A DNA stretch of 38,955 nucleotides from Ionaspis alba. Taxonomy: Eukaryota. Location of the stretch: assembly GCA_964255285.1 (NCBI GenBank), contig CAXUUL010000001.1, positions 124,001-162,955 on the forward strand, written 5' to 3'. How positions within the stretch are numbered: the stretch's first letter is position 1; each line of letters opens with the position of its first letter. A model generated the notes under the pieces. It did no database searches. It was not told the origin of the DNA and saw only the letters and a list, made by a program, of their open reading frames with translations. This document shows, piece after piece, positions 34,216 through 38,955 of the stretch. The position numbers and the translations under genes were made by a program.

Positions 34216-35847
34216 CTACACGACGCTTCGCGACCTCGTGCGGTGTGCTGTTGTTGCCTCTTCGATCTTTGCTATCCTCCATTCACATCCATCGGCAAAG
34301 TCGCAGCTACGGCACTTGTAGGCCTCTTCAATGTTAACCCCTCGAGCCTCTCTTTCCCCTCTCCACCAGCTCATCTCATCATTCACATAATTCTGGATAA
34401 CATTGCGGTCGTAAAGGAAAGTCTTAATACCAAAGATCGATCCGTCAGCCTGGTCACGATACTCCACCTTCAGTACCTGTCCGATACTGTCCGCTCCTGC
34501 AGGCATAGTGCGCTCAAACTCCCGCATCATTAAACCCCACAAAAGTCGGAGTGAATTGTGCTCGAGAAGGACACTCAACGACTCCTGCCTTGAGTCTGGC
34601 ATGCCCTGACTCTGAGACGGTTCCGACGGTGCATTGTGGAAAGTCTCGTGAAGAGTTCCGATTTGCGCGATCAAGCTATCGCTCAAATTTGCTGTGACAT
34701 CTAAATCGTATCGTCGAAAAAGGACGTCGGCGTCGATTTTGTTGCTGGCCATATCGGACAGCATTAACTGGTAAAGCATAAGTTGCATCAGGGTTGGTCG
34801 GAATGATGCGCCTTTGGGAACCGACTTCACGCCCCGAGTCTTAACATCGGTCAAGTAGACTTGAAATGTTTTTTTCCGCATTAAGCGAAGACTTTTGAGT
34901 AGGCCCGTCGCAAGGTACTGACTCGACTCTGGCTGCAGAAAGCTCGTGAGGGTAGATTGATCGGCGGTAGGGACCGGCTTTTTGCTATTGTCATAGCTCG
35001 ACCTTGCCGCAGCCTCCTCTTCTAGATCTTTATCCGGGCAGATATAGGAAAGCTCATCGATGACCCCGTTGACAACCTCTCCGTCTATGATGCCCCAGAC
35101 CTCCAACTCTCTCGTCATGCCCGTTTCCCGTAGGATCTTCAAACCTTGGATGATATTCCAAATGCGTAAACCCCAAGCATCTTCTCTGGTCTTGATGTCG
35201 ATAGTAACTGTCTGATGAACCTGATTTTCCAAGATTTTATGCACTGCGGATCCCTGCCTCATGGCGGGTGTTCTTCGTTTCCTGCCATGCTTCGTGAGAG
35301 TGTACCAGTACTGTAGCTCGCACCACGACGGCGATACCACATCTGTAACCGAGAGTGCTTTTTTCGGTTTTGTCCGGAAGCGTGCCAAAGGTGACCGTAA
35401 GTCCGGTCCCCGAATGTCTGTTGTGGGTTTCAACTCGGGAGAATCGGAGGGTCGTCGTGCACCCCTACTTTCGACACTTTCAACTAGGCGCTGGCCTTCA
35501 GTCAGCTGATTCCAATGCATAGAGGTTTCACAGCGTACCCTACCGTTCTGGTTTTGGCTGTCGTGGTTGAGAGTCTGCTTTGGCAGGTCACTCTCATACT
35601 CGCTGGCGAAGGTCTGTAGAATGCTTTCAGAGAGAAGGGGTATCTGGCGTCCCAGCCAGTGCGGTGTATCAGTGTGTCGAGGGCTTTCGTCATTCGTGCA
35701 GCTCTTCTTTTGCAGAGCCAAAGTTGATCGTGTGTCACTGCCTGGTCCCTGTCCAAGTAGCGAGTTCAGAATCTCCACTTCATCCGAAGTGAAGTCAGAC
35801 CCATAGTCACTAACTGGATCATCGTGGCAGATCAGATGGGCATCCAT
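34216..35847 (-). CDS. EXO5: Exonuclease V (Exo5/Dem1, Fe-S PD-(D/E)xK 5' exonuclease)
   Basis: RSPLARFR, LSVTDVVSPSWCELQYWY, GSAVHKILE, RELEVWG..GVIDEL, DVKTR, QLMLY, C-terminal KCRSCDFADGCEWR (four cluster Cys in total). First ATG 35847. Probable in-frame intron 35491-35538 or 35484-35543. Confidence 0.93.
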   Translation of the reverse strand: MDAHLICHDDPVSDYGSDFTSDEVEILNSLLGQGPGSDTRSTLALQKKSCTNDESPRHTDTPHWLGRQIPLLSESILQTFASEYESDLPKQTLNHDSQNQNGRVRCETSMHWNQLTEGQRLVESVESRGARRPSDSPELKPTTDIRGPDLRSPLARFRTKPKKALSVTDVVSPSWCELQYWYTLTKHGRKRRTPAMRQGSAVHKILENQVHQTVTIDIKTREDAWGLRIWNIIQGLKILRETGMTRELEVWGIIDGEVVNGVIDELSYICPDKDLEEEAAARSSYDNSKKPVPTADQSTLTSFLQPESSQYLATGLLKSLRLMRKKTFQVYLTDVKTRGVKSVPKGASFRPTLMQLMLYQLMLSDMASNKIDADVLFRRYDLDVTANLSDSLIAQIGTLHETFHNAPSEPSQSQGMPDSRQESLSVLLEHNSLRLLWGLMMREFERTMPAGADSIGQVLKVEYRDQADGSIFGIKTFLYDRNVIQNYVNDEMSWWRGEREARGVNIEEAYKCRSCDFADGCEWRIAKIEEATTAHRTRSRSVV

Positions 35848-38800
35848 GTCCAATATCTTATAGAGCAGGCAGCTTAGGCCACGCTACCAAGTGAAGCTGG
35901 AAAACGGAAACGTCATGACATTCTCTTGTTGGATCTAGTCGACATTACAACATCGTTGTAATTGGTAATTTTCTTTCGTTAATTCGCTCGCCTTCATCTA
36001 CTTCCATCAAAGATTCAATGCCTGCTAATTCGAAGATGCTTGATATTCAAAGCACGAGAAATGCTGCCCCGATATGAGGCAGAAAAGCCCGCCTCATCAA
36101 TTTATCGAGAAACTATGTATTTCACTTGGCAACGAAATGAAAACAGCCCGCGAATTGCAGTCATGAAGATGAAGATGGAGCTAACTACACGGTGCAAGAC
36201 ACCTCGAATGTCTCCGCGACAGGCAAAAGGCGGGACCGGGGGGAATGGGTAATTATGTGGCTGTTGGCTCTTCTATCCGGCCGTGGCAAACAAGCAACAT
36301 ATCGAGGTGTAACCCGTCTCCATCTTGAAGCTGATGTACCCCTGCCCTCGCTGCTTGGACCTGAGCCCTATGATTCGTGTTCGTCGACCTTATTAGGTCT
36401 GTCTACTTGCTCATCGCGTTGCTAGCTTGGTCGACAGGAGACATTACAAGATCCTGGTGGGACCGACATTATTCAGCTCTCTCACCATCGATAAAATCAC
36501 GAGAAAGAAACACCGAGCGAAACTACATGAATCAAGCTCCACAGTTAATCGAGAATATTGCTTTCTAGTACTACAGGCCTAAAAGTTGATGGGCAGCGGA
36601 CCTTTGAACTCCACCTACTCGTCTAGTCATCAGTCATCAGACAGCATTGTAGTCTGAAGCTCTCCAGCTATGACTCGTGCCTGTCAAACTGTGCGGACGT
36701 ATGTCAAGTATTGCCCCGCTAACCTTTGGTGAGAACATAGCCAAAGATGCTATCTATGTGCTCCTTGTCGTGTGGGCTCCAGCCTCAAGTTCCACTGGGG
36801 CCATGACCCCATTTCATCTTCAATGAGCTGCTACATCCGAGCCATCTGATATCACATTCTCTCAAGTCGTGACGGGCAAAACAGAATGTCAATGCATAGT
36901 ACAAAGTGTCTTGTCTGGGTCCTCTCCCACCAGGCTGTGCGTGTTGGATACAAAGAACGCAATTGGAACCAAACCGCACTGTCGTTTCTGGAGCGAGTGA
37001 TTTCATTCGGAGGGCATACCATTCTTGTGAAAATTATCTGCCCCACTATGTTTGATGACTATCGAAGATGTGAATCTAATTATCGTTGGTGGGACTACTT
37101 GTATATTGATGTCGGAGATATATGGCAATTGGCTCACGGCAGAAAAATCTTGTCCATTAACATAACGAAAGCCTAAACATTGCTTCGATTCTGTCTACGA
37201 CGATAAATGAAACCACCCCTGCTTCGAACCAGGTATATCTCTGACCGGATCAGAGCAATGTTCCTTATATTGTAGGGTAGAGAACACTCTTTCTTGCGAC
37301 TCGGTGATGGGACCCCAAGCTCAATTCGTTATCAATCCGTGGCTGGCGGCAGTGGCCACTAATTTCATCTCCAACAGCCTCACCAGAGATATTGCTGGAA
37401 CTGCGGCTGGCGCTGGTGGTATTTAGTAATTGTTGGGAGGATACGCGTCGTGCCATTTCAAATCCAGTCCGCCCAAATGCAGTGCTCCACCCGGCATTCT
37501 CGGTTCTGTCATTTCCCGTAATCCTTCGTTACACGTCTGGATCAGTCCATCTTCTCTCAAGCTGAAACTCGACAGGAAACCGGCCTTTGTGCAAGATTAT
37601 TCCATAGCATATGGTCTACCTTCTTACTAGCCTCGACCTTGGACACGTCTATGTATAAGATCAAGCTACCCAAACACTCCACGATCAGGCTGCCACAGGT
37701 GCCATTCCAGATCACGGCTACCCGTTTCGTTCTATCGGAGCTCCTGGCTTCAACGGAAGCGACGACATTTCCATGCATGGCGGATTTAATGCAGGCCTCA
37801 GGATCAAGCAGACGGTACTAGCAAATGACGAAGATTGGGAACCCTCTTGACTCATGGATCCACAGCAACAATATATCCGAATTTAGGGATATGCAGTGGA
37901 AGCCCGTTCGTGATAGGAGACTTGTGCAGCAAGAATGATACTTATCCTGCAAGGAATAGTCGGACAGCGGAACATTTTATTGTCATACCACCCACATCTA
38001 AGTTGAACAACACAGAGCCAGGCGGGACATCTGATGTTGAAACAGTCGCAGGTCATGTTATGGGTGCCTTGCATTCCTGACCATCATCGCCGCTATAACA
38101 GGTTGTGTTTTCCGATCACTTCGTCAACGGAGACAACAAAGTACTGATTATCGCAAGCCAGAACTCGAAGTTAATAAGCCTACGGGTTCAATGAATTGCC
38201 AGTAACCACGGATGGAAATGCATAAGCTCGATGATCAAATCAGAGCTTGAGAATAGCATGTGCCGTAGCGGATCGTGGTAGGACGTTTGACCAGGAGCTC
38301 GACGAGAGCATCGCATACGAACTACGGTGCTCAATGGCAGTGCATGAAGCAGATGCTGGGGTTGAAAAAGCGTAGGCCCCCAATGTATGCGCTGAGCTGA
38401 GAGACTTATACTCAAAGTCCCCCGATCAGCCAAAGTCTATCAATGAGTCAATTTCCTCTGCAGACGCCACGCCAATGGGAGGCACAGATCTCCTTGATGG
38501 CGGGTTCACGTCCTACTTGGATTGTACCTTACTTTCTTGCGAGTCAGATGCTCTAGTCCTGTCTAGAGTATCGCATTTGGACGCAGCCAATCAGCCACGA
38601 TCGGTAGGGTAGCCATCGAATGGCAATAAATCCCGACTTTAATCAACACCCAGAACGACCACCTCTAATCCATGTGGTTCCGTTCCACCCGCGAACAGAG
38701 CACAATTCCGCAACTCAATGTATGTAAAACTGAAGTCGGTGGCCGCAGGCTAGGGCTTGCAGCCGAAGACATAACTATTGAAACCGGGCGCGAGGGCTAC

Positions 38801-38955
38801 CTGGTTAACCAGGACCATTGCAGTCAACGAGAGAGACTCGGAAGCATAACTAAAGGACTGGCCGAGCAGGAGGAACTTGACATGACTATTCATCAGTGTC
38901 ACGACGATCTTCACGGTGCCAGGAATAACGCTAACTTCCGTAGCTTGGAATAGAA

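Noticed and set aside
922..35543. Excess of introns with length divisible by 3 (13 of 30)
   Set aside because: Not convincingly different from the one-third expectation at this sample size, and most contain in-frame stops.
38800..38813. Perfect 14-bp palindrome CCTGGTTAACCAGG
   Set aside because: About two such palindromes are expected by chance in 39 kb (38955/4^7).
38672..38953. 93-aa ATG-started ORF at the right edge
   Set aside because: No recognisable motif or supporting splice structure; cannot be called a gene.

Overview
Gene-dense, intron-containing eukaryotic DNA from a filamentous ascomycete (Pezizomycotina, inferred from 46-75 nt GT..AG introns with CTRAY-type branch sites and from protein style). 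I spliced twelve protein-coding genes by hand, and every complete model gives a total length divisible by 3. In order: LTN1/RKR1 (5'-truncated), RPA190, PRP3, MAD1, a Fus1-like TM+SH3 protein, SYP1/muniscin, a Csk1/Cak1-like CDK-activating kinase, a DUF3445/HODM-like protein, ALG9, NAF1, an EF-hand MscS-like channel and EXO5. About 3.1 kb with no recognisable gene follows. The best lead is invisible in the ORF track: two small upstream exons of the kinase splice into an N-terminal domain that matches the Med15-type KIX domain, giving a candidate KIX-CAK fusion. No tRNA, rRNA, CRISPR array or intact transposon could be supported. All homology calls are from recalled family motifs, not database searches.
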